Virus record (IMG/VR): IMGVR_UViG_3300042898_002829
Location: 1 to 32,626 of that record
Strand: one strand, 5' to 3'
DNA from: a virus
Lineage: Duplodnaviria; Caudoviricetes
DNA length: 32,626 bases
Shown here: positions 8,486 through 17,521 of the stretch, one piece after another
How positions within the stretch are numbered: position 1 is the stretch's first letter
Layout of the letters: the number at the start of each line of letters is the position of its first letter
Notes under the pieces: generated by a model
Told to the model about the DNA's origin: nothing
The model's input: only the letters and a program-made list of their open reading frames with translations
The model's database searches: none
Translations under genes and position numbers: made by a program

Positions 8486-10827
8486 TGGCAACAGAACAAG
8501 GATACATAGCGTTTTTTGGACCAGATTTATTAACCGAAAATCCAATAGAAGGTGATGGTTTAATTATTGACGCAAGGATAAACGGTTTACCTATTGTTTA
8601 TTTAAACGGTCTTAATGTTGTAGATTTTAAATTTACTAATAGTGATTCTGCAATAGCTTTAGACCCTTTTCACAAGGTTAAAATTGGTGCTACAATATTA
8701 GAATCTGCAACAAACTTAAAAACATTTTTAGAAACTAAAGGATATTTGTCTGCTTCTTTTCCAATATCTTATTTGGTATTATCAAACGAAAGCGGGGTTC
8801 AAGGAGTAAAATCTTTATACGGAGTAAGCTCAAATATTTTATTTGATTCAATTGCATATTCGGATAATATTGTATTCAATTCATTTAATTTCAATCCAAC
8901 ACCAACAAACGCAGCTAAATATTTTTTTCAATATAAAAATATAGCTAACGATACTTGGAAATGTGAAATATACGAGAAAGATTTTACGGGTACTACTACT
9001 GAAATAATAGGTAGAGCAACTATACAAAAATCATCTTCTGAAAATCATTTTACTTCAATAAGAGGGACAGGTGTTTCTTTATTATTAGAAGCAAATGAGT
9101 TTTTAGATTTTTCAGATTTATATTCAAAAGGAGAAACGGATTTCTCTGTAAAATTATATAGAGATAATATTCTACAATTTCAAGGATTTATTAAGCCAGA
9201 CGGTATTTTTCAATCATATTCAGAAGATATTTGGAATATAAATGTCGAGTGCGTAGATGGATTAGGACTTTTAGAAGGTCTATCTTTTAATTCAACAAGT
9301 GGTGTTGCTTTTTCTGGTAAAATGTCAGCTTTAGATATAATTTATAATTGTTTAAGAAGAACAGGTTTAGAATTAAGGATAAAGACTTCAATTGATATAC
9401 TATATTATGGAATACCCTTTAATACAGTTGAAACAGATGTTTTAGCAAAAATGTATGTTGATGTAAATCGCTATATAAAAAGTGACGATAATACTACAAT
9501 GGGATGTTTAGAAGTATTAAAATCTATATTAGAACTATTTAACGCGGTTATAACGCAAGAGTATGGGGAGTGGTATATTTATAGACCTTCTGACTTTTAC
9601 GATACGTATTATCCTGTATTTAAAACTTATGAAATAGATAAAACATATTTAGGTTTTAATCAATACAATTTAACAAGAGCAATAGGGTCTCAAGTAGATA
9701 ATTTTTATCCACATCATTGCAATTCAAATCAAAAAATAGAAATAAAAGGGGCAACATCTTCTTTTAGGCTTGGTTATAAATATGGCTTTGTAAATAGCAT
9801 ATTGCAAAACGGAAATTTAAAACATGAAGCAGGTAGTAACGTATACGAAGGTTGGACTAAAAATCCATCATGGGTTCAATCAATAAGAACTGGTTTTTTA
9901 TCTATAGATCCTAATTCAACTATAGGCATTTCATACTTAACCCCTACTCCAACTGTAGAATTTCCTGGGCAAAAAGTTATTACATATAGTAGTAATCAAT
10001 CTGATTTATTAGAAGCTGGATATACGTTTGATTTTAAAACTAGATTTGTTTCTTATGGTTCAGTTGCTGAGGTAATTTACCAAGTTAATTTAACTCCTGA
10101 TGATGGAAGCGCAGATTATGGACTTTTAGCAGACGGAACTTGGAGTTTAATAAGCACAGGTTTTAGGCTAAGAAATTATGACGAACCAATAAATTTAGGT
10201 GATATATCAGCTGATTCTAAATTTGAAAGAAGTTTTGTAATATCTGCAAATCCTTTACCTAAAGATGGAGTAATTACTGTTATAATTCAAAACCCTACGT
10301 CTGTACCAAATGGAAAAATAGTTTCTATAAAAAGTGTTGAAGTAATTAACACATTTGCAGGAGATAATGTAGTTGGGGAATTTCACACAGTAAATAGAAT
10401 TATTCCTATAAGCTCAATAGTTAAAGACAATGGTTCAGTAAATAATGGTGATAATAGCAATAAAGTTTATCAAGGAGCAATTTATAAAGAGAACCAAGAG
10501 GATTTAACTGATTTTTGGTATAGACGCAAATTTACGTCTTCGGAGGTTAAACCATTATTAAGAATATCTGCTGAGGATGAATTAAGAATAGCACAAAAGC
10601 CTATGAAGTTATTTAGTGGTGATATTTTTGGGTATAATTCATATATTTCTGTTTGTTCAATAAACAAAATAAGCGGTAAGTTTATGCCTATAGATTGGAA
10701 ATATGATACTTATAGCAATATATCGTCTTTAAAATTATTAGAGTTGTATTCTCCAGAGTTAAACGATATAGAGTATATTAAAACTCTTGACTACGGACAA
10801 ACGGTTAAACCTACTATAATAGGTTAA
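8485..10827 (+). CDS. Tail tip/hub structural protein
   Basis: 780 aa, beta-rich, directly after the tape measure gene. Confidence 0.7.
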   Translation: MATEQGYIAFFGPDLLTENPIEGDGLIIDARINGLPIVYLNGLNVVDFKFTNSDSAIALDPFHKVKIGATILESATNLKTFLETKGYLSASFPISYLVLSNESGVQGVKSLYGVSSNILFDSIAYSDNIVFNSFNFNPTPTNAAKYFFQYKNIANDTWKCEIYEKDFTGTTTEIIGRATIQKSSSENHFTSIRGTGVSLLLEANEFLDFSDLYSKGETDFSVKLYRDNILQFQGFIKPDGIFQSYSEDIWNINVECVDGLGLLEGLSFNSTSGVAFSGKMSALDIIYNCLRRTGLELRIKTSIDILYYGIPFNTVETDVLAKMYVDVNRYIKSDDNTTMGCLEVLKSILELFNAVITQEYGEWYIYRPSDFYDTYYPVFKTYEIDKTYLGFNQYNLTRAIGSQVDNFYPHHCNSNQKIEIKGATSSFRLGYKYGFVNSILQNGNLKHEAGSNVYEGWTKNPSWVQSIRTGFLSIDPNSTIGISYLTPTPTVEFPGQKVITYSSNQSDLLEAGYTFDFKTRFVSYGSVAEVIYQVNLTPDDGSADYGLLADGTWSLISTGFRLRNYDEPINLGDISADSKFERSFVISANPLPKDGVITVIIQNPTSVPNGKIVSIKSVEVINTFAGDNVVGEFHTVNRIIPISSIVKDNGSVNNGDNSNKVYQGAIYKENQEDLTDFWYRRKFTSSEVKPLLRISAEDELRIAQKPMKLFSGDIFGYNSYISVCSINKISGKFMPIDWKYDTYSNISSLKLLELYSPELNDIEYIKTLDYGQTVKPTIIG

Positions 10828-10839
10828 TTTTTTTTTTAT

Positions 10840-10847
10840 TATATTTG
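10840..10847 (+). promoter_or_regulatory. -7 promoter element ending 4 nt before ATG 10852
   Basis: TATATTTG-TATT-ATG. Confidence 0.6.
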
Positions 10848-10851
10848 TATT

Positions 10852-11361
10852 ATGAATTTTGTAAACGGAGAAGATAGAATATTATATTTAAAGCTAAATG
10901 GACTATATGTTCCTATGGCATGTCTTACTAGCAATGGTATTGATGAAAATAGCACTTTTATTGACACTACCACTAGAGATAATAAAGGGTGGAATACGTC
11001 AAAACCAATATCACAAAGCTATACAATACCTTTTTCTGGATTACAAATAAATACAACAGCATCAAAGGGTAGATTTGATTTAGCTTCTTATGACAGGATT
11101 AAGAAGTTAAAAAGAGATAGAATATTGTTAGAATGGAAAATACAAGGGTCTATTTATCCAATTGTAGACTATGGTAAAGGTTATATTTCCGATTTAAGTT
11201 CCTCGGAATCAGTAGGAGAGTTTTTAAGTTTTTCTGGTTCAATAACTGGTTTTGGAGAACCATTAGTTCAAGATTTAGGAGGGGTATTATTAAATAATGG
11301 TGACCCTAATGTATTGGTAAATACAGGCGATGTAAACGAATTAATAAAAATAACAAAATAA
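10852..11361 (+). CDS. Second tail-tube-like protein (paralog of 5519-5959)
   Basis: 'GEDRILY...PMACLTSN' vs 'GEGLILY...PLACLTSN'; 'YGKGYISDL...EFLSFSGSITGFG' vs 'YGTGLITSL...EFATFSLTIDGSG'. Confidence 0.75.
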   Translation: MNFVNGEDRILYLKLNGLYVPMACLTSNGIDENSTFIDTTTRDNKGWNTSKPISQSYTIPFSGLQINTTASKGRFDLASYDRIKKLKRDRILLEWKIQGSIYPIVDYGKGYISDLSSSESVGEFLSFSGSITGFGEPLVQDLGGVLLNNGDPNVLVNTGDVNELIKITK

Positions 11362-11364
11362 TAA

Positions 11365-11946
11365 ATGGCAATAGATCCAGCATTAATAACAACGGTTAGG
11401 GCAGACCAATTACCGGTATCTGCATTAACTAGCGAAAGTATAATAATGCACGCTATAGGCACAACTTTATATCGTGCTGAGGTTAGCGAAATAGAAGGTT
11501 TATTAAATATAGTTTCATATAGACCTTATGAAGTAAAATGGCTAAACGTTACAGACTTTTATGTAGATGAAAATTTTGAAAGTAATGGATTAGGTAAATC
11601 AACAGGTTTGTGGAATGGCTGGCAAATAATGAACGGTCTAAATGGTACTACTAATATGGATGGGGCTGTAGCACTGGGATATGGGGTTAATTATAATTCT
11701 ATGCGAGAGCAAGTTGGTGAAAATTCAAAAGTATTAGTAAAAAATAATATACCAGTTTTAGATTGTACTTTACCAGTATCTGATGCAGATAACGGAGGAG
11801 GTTCTAAAGATTATGTAATGGCTACAGATGTAGAAGCGTCAGGAACACATCAATATATAAATACAGTAAATGTTGGCTCTACAAATGTAGCAGTAGATAT
11901 TATGCAAAATTCAATTGTTCAATTATTTATAATGAAATTACCTTAA
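11365..11946 (+). CDS. Tail fibre/collar-like protein
   Basis: 193 aa; 'GWQIMNGLNGTTNMDGAVALGY...GENSKVL..NNIP' resembles a tail collar; N-terminus is shared with the next gene. Confidence 0.65.
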   Translation: MAIDPALITTVRADQLPVSALTSESIIMHAIGTTLYRAEVSEIEGLLNIVSYRPYEVKWLNVTDFYVDENFESNGLGKSTGLWNGWQIMNGLNGTTNMDGAVALGYGVNYNSMREQVGENSKVLVKNNIPVLDCTLPVSDADNGGGSKDYVMATDVEASGTHQYINTVNVGSTNVAVDIMQNSIVQLFIMKLP

Positions 11947-11948
11947 AA

Positions 11949-14057
11949 ATGGCTATAAATCCAGCAAATATTACTACAATAAGCGTAGGAGAGTTACCCT
12001 CTTCTATTTGGAATTTAACAGATAAACTACCTCATGAAGTAGCTGGGGCTTTGAAAAGCGGTGACGTTCAAGGCTTAGCTGACCTAATAAGTGATTTTAT
12101 AGGAACAGCTTCTAGTTTAGCATTTAATCCAACTACTGTGTTAGACGGTGAGACTTTACCAGCAACTTCTTCAAATGAATGGGTATTAGTTGGAAAAGGA
12201 ACTTTTGGTAATGTTGGTGGAGCGCTTAGCATTACAACAACTGAGGAATTAAATGCAATTACATCAAATGGAACTTATTGGACTTTATCAGTTCAAATAC
12301 CTATAAATGTAGAATTAGCAGGAATTGTTCAAACTATTAGGTCAAGTTTTACCACTACTACTCCAAGTGAAAATGCAGTGTTTAATGCGCTAGCTTTAAA
12401 ATTAGATTCTGGAGGGTATGGTGGAACAGGTCAAGATTTAGCAAATGATTTAACTGACGTTTTAAGTTCTATAAATGAATTACCGGGTATATTTAATACT
12501 GTAGTTTATGAAGGTGATAGTATAACAGCTTACACTACAGGCGTAAGCTACGGAACTACTAACTACCCTACACAAATAGTAAATTATAATTCTGAAATAG
12601 CTAAAGCACAACAGGTAAATGTAGCTACCTCAGGACAAAGATTAGCTACTTTTATTTCTAATGGTGATTACGTTACGCAAATACAACCATATAAACCAAC
12701 ATCAAACAAAGAAAAAGTACTTTTATGTTTAATGATTGGGTGCAATGATGTAGGTGACGGTACGGCGGTTGCAACTGTTTATGCTAATTTAAAAACTGTT
12801 TGGGCTCAAGCAAAGGCAGACGGATTCACTGTTATAGCTTTTGGAATAACACGCTCTACTATAGCCTTAAGAGATTCAGGTGCTTTAGCTTTAAATGCTT
12901 TGATTTATTCTGACCCTACATTGTACGATTATGCTATAAAAACTGAGGTTATTTTACCAAATCCAGCAGACTTAACTTATTTTAATGCCGATGGAATTCA
13001 TTTAAACGAAAACGGAAGTAAAAAACTAGCTAAAGAGTTAAACAATGTTTTGATAAATCAGGTTAACGGATATAATTCTAACGAAGTAGCTTTATCAGTT
13101 ATTAACGGAAAAACTGATTTTGGAATAACTTCCGCAACTTCATTTATAAAAAAAGGAGCAACTTCAACAGATGCTTTGTTAGCTGGAGGGGGCACTTTGC
13201 CTTTTCCAATTGGTGCAGGAGGTACAGGGGTTGCTAATTACATACCAATGTATAACGCTCCTGGATTTATTGGATTAAGTAAATTAGCTCACAGCGGAGA
13301 CCTTAGTATTTTATATATTGATAGTAAGGCAACTGTAGGTTTATCACCATCTTACGCCAATCCAGTAGGTCAATTTAATATTAAAACAGGTGCTACTTTA
13401 TCTTATAATTTAGCGGGTCAAGATATGGGTAGTTTTTCTTTTGGTAATGCATCTGGATCAGCAAACATACCGACAATGATTGGTAAATCAACTGATAATA
13501 GAGGTTTATTTTTAATTGCTGCTTCTCCTGATACAAATGCTGCTTCTGATTTTGAATTTAACATAAGAAGAAACACAGACGCTGATTATACTACATTAAC
13601 GGGTGGTGGTTTTAGATTTGCTAGACAAAACAATCAACTAATGTTTTTGTCAAGAGCTGGGGTATTAAATTTAACAAATTTAGCAGGAACAGGAATAAGA
13701 CAAATTGTAGCGGATGCAAGTGGTAATTTGTCTGCCGGTTCGGTTCAACCACTTAAATATGTAGCCTTAGTCTCTCAGGGAGGTACAAGCGCACCAACAG
13801 CAACAGTACTAGAAAACTCATTACATGGAATAGTTGTTTGGACTAGACAAAGTACAGGAATTTATTTAGCTACTTTGTCAGGTGCTTTTACAGCTTCTAA
13901 AACAATAGTAACCTACGGAAACTCAGTTATTGACACTATGATTACAGGATATAGCAATACAGTAAACACAGTAGCTATTAGCACTTCAACGGCTCTTAAT
14001 GTTTTAAAAGATGGCGCTTTATCTTCAGCAACAATTAAAATAGAAGTATACCCATAA
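11949..14057 (+). CDS. Tail fibre/receptor-binding protein with an SGNH/GDSL hydrolase domain
   Basis: SGNH blocks 'EGDSIT', 'NVATSG', 'IGCND' and 'DGIHLN'; last gene before the lysis cassette. Confidence 0.82.
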   Translation: MAINPANITTISVGELPSSIWNLTDKLPHEVAGALKSGDVQGLADLISDFIGTASSLAFNPTTVLDGETLPATSSNEWVLVGKGTFGNVGGALSITTTEELNAITSNGTYWTLSVQIPINVELAGIVQTIRSSFTTTTPSENAVFNALALKLDSGGYGGTGQDLANDLTDVLSSINELPGIFNTVVYEGDSITAYTTGVSYGTTNYPTQIVNYNSEIAKAQQVNVATSGQRLATFISNGDYVTQIQPYKPTSNKEKVLLCLMIGCNDVGDGTAVATVYANLKTVWAQAKADGFTVIAFGITRSTIALRDSGALALNALIYSDPTLYDYAIKTEVILPNPADLTYFNADGIHLNENGSKKLAKELNNVLINQVNGYNSNEVALSVINGKTDFGITSATSFIKKGATSTDALLAGGGTLPFPIGAGGTGVANYIPMYNAPGFIGLSKLAHSGDLSILYIDSKATVGLSPSYANPVGQFNIKTGATLSYNLAGQDMGSFSFGNASGSANIPTMIGKSTDNRGLFLIAASPDTNAASDFEFNIRRNTDADYTTLTGGGFRFARQNNQLMFLSRAGVLNLTNLAGTGIRQIVADASGNLSAGSVQPLKYVALVSQGGTSAPTATVLENSLHGIVVWTRQSTGIYLATLSGAFTASKTIVTYGNSVIDTMITGYSNTVNTVAISTSTALNVLKDGALSSATIKIEVYP

Positions 14058-14087
14058 TTAATTAATAATTTAAATAATAAAAATATT

Positions 14088-14339
14088 ATGTTTTTACAAA
14101 TACCTGCAAATGCAGAATTAGCACACGGATTTATAGATTTAACAACAGGTAGTATTGCTGTTGTAGTTGCTCTGTCTGGAGTTGTTGTGTATTTATACAA
14201 ACGTCTTGAGTCAAAGAACGATTTATTTATAAAAGAGCTAAGAGATTCAAATGAAAAACTTTCAGGACTTGTGACAGGATATAATAAGTTTTTAGATAAA
14301 ATGGACAAAATATTCGAAGCCATGGAGGATAAAAAATAA
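14088..14339 (+). CDS. Putative holin
   Basis: 83 aa, one TM segment (SIAVVVALSGVVVYLY) plus a charged coiled coil; upstream of the endolysin. Confidence 0.55.
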   Translation: MFLQIPANAELAHGFIDLTTGSIAVVVALSGVVVYLYKRLESKNDLFIKELRDSNEKLSGLVTGYNKFLDKMDKIFEAMEDKK

Positions 14340-14343
14340 AAAC

Positions 14344-14466
14344 ATGATTCGCACTCTTTTTAACACACATAAAAATGAATTGGAATGCAGAAAATTAATC
14401 ATGCAATCAATTGAGTGTGCTATAAAAAGAGGTAATGAAGTTTTTGAAAAGCTTATGTCAAAATAA
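14344..14466 (+). CDS. Hypothetical 40-aa protein in the lysis cassette (absent from ORF track)
   Basis: MIRTLFNTHKNELECRKLIMQSIECAIKRGNEVFEKLMSK; fills the gap between holin and endolysin. Confidence 0.55.
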   Translation: MIRTLFNTHKNELECRKLIMQSIECAIKRGNEVFEKLMSK

Positions 14467-14475
14467 AAAATAAAA

Positions 14476-15033
14476 ATGAATATACACGAAAAATACAAGA
14501 CATTACTTTTAAATAATGGTATTAATACGCCTTTAAGACAGGCTCATTTTCTAGCACAATTAGAACATGAGTCTGGATTTAAAGCCATTAGCGAGAATTT
14601 AAATTACAGTGCTAAAGGATTGATGACAACGTTTAAAAAGTATTTTCCAACTTTAGAAATAGCAAACGCTTATCAAAGACAACCTAAAAAAATTGCTAAT
14701 AGAGTTTACGCAAATAGAATGGGCAACGGTAGCGAAGCTAGCGGGGATGGTTTTTTATTCAGAGGTAGAGGGTTTATTCAAATTACAGGAAAAGACAATT
14801 ACGCTGCGTTATCAAAAGATACAAAAATAGATTTCTTGAAAAATCCGGATTTCCTTTTAGATGAAACAAACGCAATGATTTCAGCTTTATGGTTTTGGAA
14901 TAAGAACAAATTAAATAGTTTTGCTGATTTAGATAACATCGAAACAATTACAAAAAGGATAAATGGAGGTTTTATAGGATTGGAGCACAGAAAAGAATGT
15001 TTAAAAAAATGGAAAAAAATATTAGGAATATGA
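14476..15033 (+). CDS. Endolysin, glycoside hydrolase family 19
   Basis: 'AHFLAQLEHES', 'ENLNYS', 'FRGRGFIQITGKDNY' and 'TKRINGG' motifs. Confidence 0.93.
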   Translation: MNIHEKYKTLLLNNGINTPLRQAHFLAQLEHESGFKAISENLNYSAKGLMTTFKKYFPTLEIANAYQRQPKKIANRVYANRMGNGSEASGDGFLFRGRGFIQITGKDNYAALSKDTKIDFLKNPDFLLDETNAMISALWFWNKNKLNSFADLDNIETITKRINGGFIGLEHRKECLKKWKKILGI

Positions 15034-15572
15034 AAAAAATAATAGCAATACTTTTTATAATATTATTGACTTCATGCGGAGCAAGAAAAGTTAATAAAGA
15101 AAAATCTAAAGAACAAGCTAAAACTGAAACTGTAGACAAATCTACAATTGAAAGTAAAGTAGATATAAATGTAAAAACAACTACTACTGTTAAGGTTGAT
15201 GATAAAAACGAAACTATAATAGAAGAAACCATAACTGAGCCAGTAGACGCTTCAAAAGAAAGCTTTGTAATAGATAAAGATGGGTCAAAGGTAGTGTTGG
15301 GTAACGTAAAAAAAATAGTTCGTAAAACTATTAAAAAAAATAATACTAAATCAGAAGTTGTTAGTGATATTAATGAAGTTAAAAAAGAAGCTTCTAAAGA
15401 ACAAAAAAATATAAATACTAATACAGTATCAAAAAAGGAAAACAGTTTAAAGGAGGTAGACAAAAAACAGTATAATCCGTTTATGTTGATTATTATAGGT
15501 TTAGTTTGTTTGGTTATTTTATATTGCTTATACAGGTTTTATAAAAAAATGCCTTTAATTCCAAAAATTTAA
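15030..15572 (+). CDS. Putative unimolecular spanin (lipoprotein with C-terminal TM); start revised to 15030
   Basis: MKKIIAILFIILLTSC lipobox, polar middle region, C-terminal TM 'PFMLIIIGLVCLVILYCLY'; ATGA-coupled to the endolysin. Confidence 0.75.
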   Translation: MKKIIAILFIILLTSCGARKVNKEKSKEQAKTETVDKSTIESKVDINVKTTTTVKVDDKNETIIEETITEPVDASKESFVIDKDGSKVVLGNVKKIVRKTIKKNNTKSEVVSDINEVKKEASKEQKNINTNTVSKKENSLKEVDKKQYNPFMLIIIGLVCLVILYCLYRFYKKMPLIPKI

Positions 15573-15573
15573 T

Positions 15574-15684
15574 TATATTTGTATATCAAATCTAAGTCAG
15601 TAGCCTAACGGAAATTAAGAGTGTATATAGGTTCATTAGATTTTGAATAAAAATAATCCCAGTAGTAATTTATTGGGATTTTTT
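15574..15684 (+). ncRNA. Candidate small RNA 1 (promoter 15574-15581, terminator 15655-15684)
   Basis: TATATTTG, then stem AAATCTAA/TTAGATTT enclosing GCCTA/TAGGT, then hairpin AATCCCAGTA/TATTGGGATT plus TTTT; no ORF. Confidence 0.45.
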
Positions 15685-15687
15685 CTT

Positions 15688-15800
15688 TATATTTGTGTAT
15701 TCATAGTAATTTTAGGTTTTTTTTCATTAGGGAGTGGTTACCCGATTGTTTTTTTTGGTTGGTTCTTTTAAAAGCACTTATTAATTTAAGTGCTTTTTTT
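15688..15800 (+). ncRNA. Candidate U-rich small RNA 2 (promoter 15688-15695, terminator 15770-15800)
   Basis: TATATTTG, U-rich body, AAAAGCACTTA/TAAGTGCTTTT plus T tract; no ORF. Confidence 0.45.
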
Positions 15801-15808
15801 ATTTAAAG

Positions 15809-15838
15809 AAAAAAAACCGCTAAATTTCTCTAGCGGTT
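15809..15838 (-). terminator. Terminator of the leftward early arm
   Basis: AACCGCTA/TAGCGGTT stem with an A tract on its left (U tract on the - strand). Confidence 0.8.
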
Positions 15839-15851
15839 GTAAAAATATTTA

Positions 15852-17069
15852 TTATAACAACATATTATTTATGTTCGGCAGTCCTTTACCATTATTTGTA
15901 ATTATAGAAAACCCAGCGTTGGAGCTATATCCTAAATCTTCACTAAAACCATTTCCAGTAAATAAACTTCTTGCGTTCATACGAATATGGTCTACACTAT
16001 CGTCTTTTATTATATTAAATTTACCCTTCATATTAATACTTAATTTTTGGATAATTGAGTGTAAATGACCTTCAAGAATAACATTGTAAACGCCTTTTTT
16101 ACCAAAGTCCCAGCAAATATCTTTTGTTGCACGTCTTGAAATTCCTTTATGACCATGTAATAAAATATAATTTATTCCATCAATTTCACACGATATAACA
16201 GTAGGGTGAAACTCAACATTATATCCTCTTAATTCCAAACCGAACGCTATTAAGTCACAAGCACCTCCGTCTGTGTCTTCATCTTTGTCAGAAGTTAAGC
16301 GATCGTGATTACCCGCTACTAATTTAACAAGTACTAAATTATTTAGTTTAGACAAAAGTTTTTCGTGTAAAATATTAACTGAAAACTTAATAACCTCAGC
16401 TCCTATCATTCCTTTTTGCAAGCCTTTCCATGAATTTTTGTGATTTAATCCAGTGAAACTTTCAATCATATCACCAAGGAATAAAACATTTACTTTTTCA
16501 TACTGAAAACCGTTTACAGTATTTACAATACTTTCTAAATATTCAATTAAAATAGGGATAGAATAATCTTTAGTGTTTACTAGTCCGTTAATGTAAGCGC
16601 CTAAATGTAAATCAGCTATTACAATATTTGCTTCATGCTTTCCGTTTACAATTTTAGATTCAACTTTTATCAAAGAATTAAACTCGTTTGTTAAAATTTC
16701 TTTTATCTCTTCAAATGTTATTTCTTCAATTTTATTTGTTACCTCTTCTTTTTTCTCTTCACTAATAATCCATTGTTGTCCCGTGCTAACATTCGTACTT
16801 ACACGTTTAATTTGATGATTTTCAGGGATTGATATTAGCTCTTTAGGTGCAAGCTTCTCTATTTTAGATATAATCTCTCCGTCTTTATTTAATGTTCTTT
16901 TAACCTCTTTAAATTCAGTTGCATGTAGGTTACGTATTTTTTCTAATTGAAGTAGTTGCTCTTCGTTTAGTGAGTATTTTCCATTCCCTGTTCCGTTTCC
17001 TGGTTTTATTTCTAATCCAAGAGCTAAAATTTCGTAATTTTTTAGTCTTAATCTTTTTATTGTTTTCAT
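15852..17069 (-). CDS. Calcineurin-like metallophosphoesterase with N-terminal extension
   Basis: Motifs 'IADLHLG', 'LGDMIE', 'AGNHDR', 'LLHGH' and 'EGHLH'. Confidence 0.88.
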   Translation of the reverse strand: MKTIKRLRLKNYEILALGLEIKPGNGTGNGKYSLNEEQLLQLEKIRNLHATEFKEVKRTLNKDGEIISKIEKLAPKELISIPENHQIKRVSTNVSTGQQWIISEEKKEEVTNKIEEITFEEIKEILTNEFNSLIKVESKIVNGKHEANIVIADLHLGAYINGLVNTKDYSIPILIEYLESIVNTVNGFQYEKVNVLFLGDMIESFTGLNHKNSWKGLQKGMIGAEVIKFSVNILHEKLLSKLNNLVLVKLVAGNHDRLTSDKDEDTDGGACDLIAFGLELRGYNVEFHPTVISCEIDGINYILLHGHKGISRRATKDICWDFGKKGVYNVILEGHLHSIIQKLSINMKGKFNIIKDDSVDHIRMNARSLFTGNGFSEDLGYSSNAGFSIITNNGKGLPNINNMLL

Positions 17070-17073
17070 GGTT

Positions 17074-17265
17074 TTATTTGTTAAGTTCGTTTTTTAAGCG
17101 TTGTATGTAAATGGTTGCGTCTTGTAATTCTTCTTGAAGGTGGTTTAACCAACCTATTAGGTCTATATCTGTTCGTTCGGTGTTAGTATTATATTTTTTA
17201 AATCCTATCTCTGAACGCTGTCTAAATGATGCTATAACCTCTTCTACGTTTTTATCTGTTTTCAT
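17074..17265 (-). CDS. Small all-alpha protein, possibly related to MazG-like NTP pyrophosphatases
   Basis: 'RSEIGFKKY...WLNHLQEELQDATIY' (EExxD). Confidence 0.55.
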   Translation of the reverse strand: MKTDKNVEEVIASFRQRSEIGFKKYNTNTERTDIDLIGWLNHLQEELQDATIYIQRLKNELNK

Positions 17266-17467
17266 AATTTAGTTTTGATTCATAAGTTAAGTATTTTACT
17301 TTTGGTGCGGTTAAATAATCTCTCATTAATTCTATTTGATATTTATCGTAAAACCATTTTTTTTTAGGCTCTATGCCTAGAAGTTTAATTCTAAATGCCA
17401 CAGCATCTCTGTGTATTTCTAGTATCTCTGCAATATCTATTACTCTAAATAATTCTTCTTTTTTCAT
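17252..17467 (-). CDS. Putative HTH DNA-binding protein
   Basis: 'VIDIAEILEIHRDAVAFRIKLLGI' HTH-like pattern. Confidence 0.6.
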   Translation of the reverse strand: MKKEELFRVIDIAEILEIHRDAVAFRIKLLGIEPKKKWFYDKYQIELMRDYLTAPKVKYLTYESKLNYENR

Positions 17468-17476
17468 AATATTTTT

Positions 17477-17507
17477 AAAAATTAGCCGCCTAAATTAATA
17501 GACGGCT
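17477..17507 (-). terminator. Terminator-like hairpin after the SSB gene
   Basis: On the - strand AGCCGUCUA/UAGGCGGCU (fully paired with G-U only on this strand), then AAUUUUU. Confidence 0.6.
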
Positions 17508-17521
17508 TTTTGGTTTTTAAA

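Noticed and set aside
11949-14057. Diversity-generating retroelement or invertible tail-fibre cassette
   Set aside because: No reverse transcriptase, invertase or template repeat was seen by eye.
13913-15463. Antisense ORFs 13913-14323, 14292-14498 and 14972-15463, and other shadow ORFs such as 6490-6834, 15790-16068, 25296-25730 and 28978-29253
   Set aside because: They overlap well-supported genes on the opposite strand or in another frame, and show no motifs or start context.
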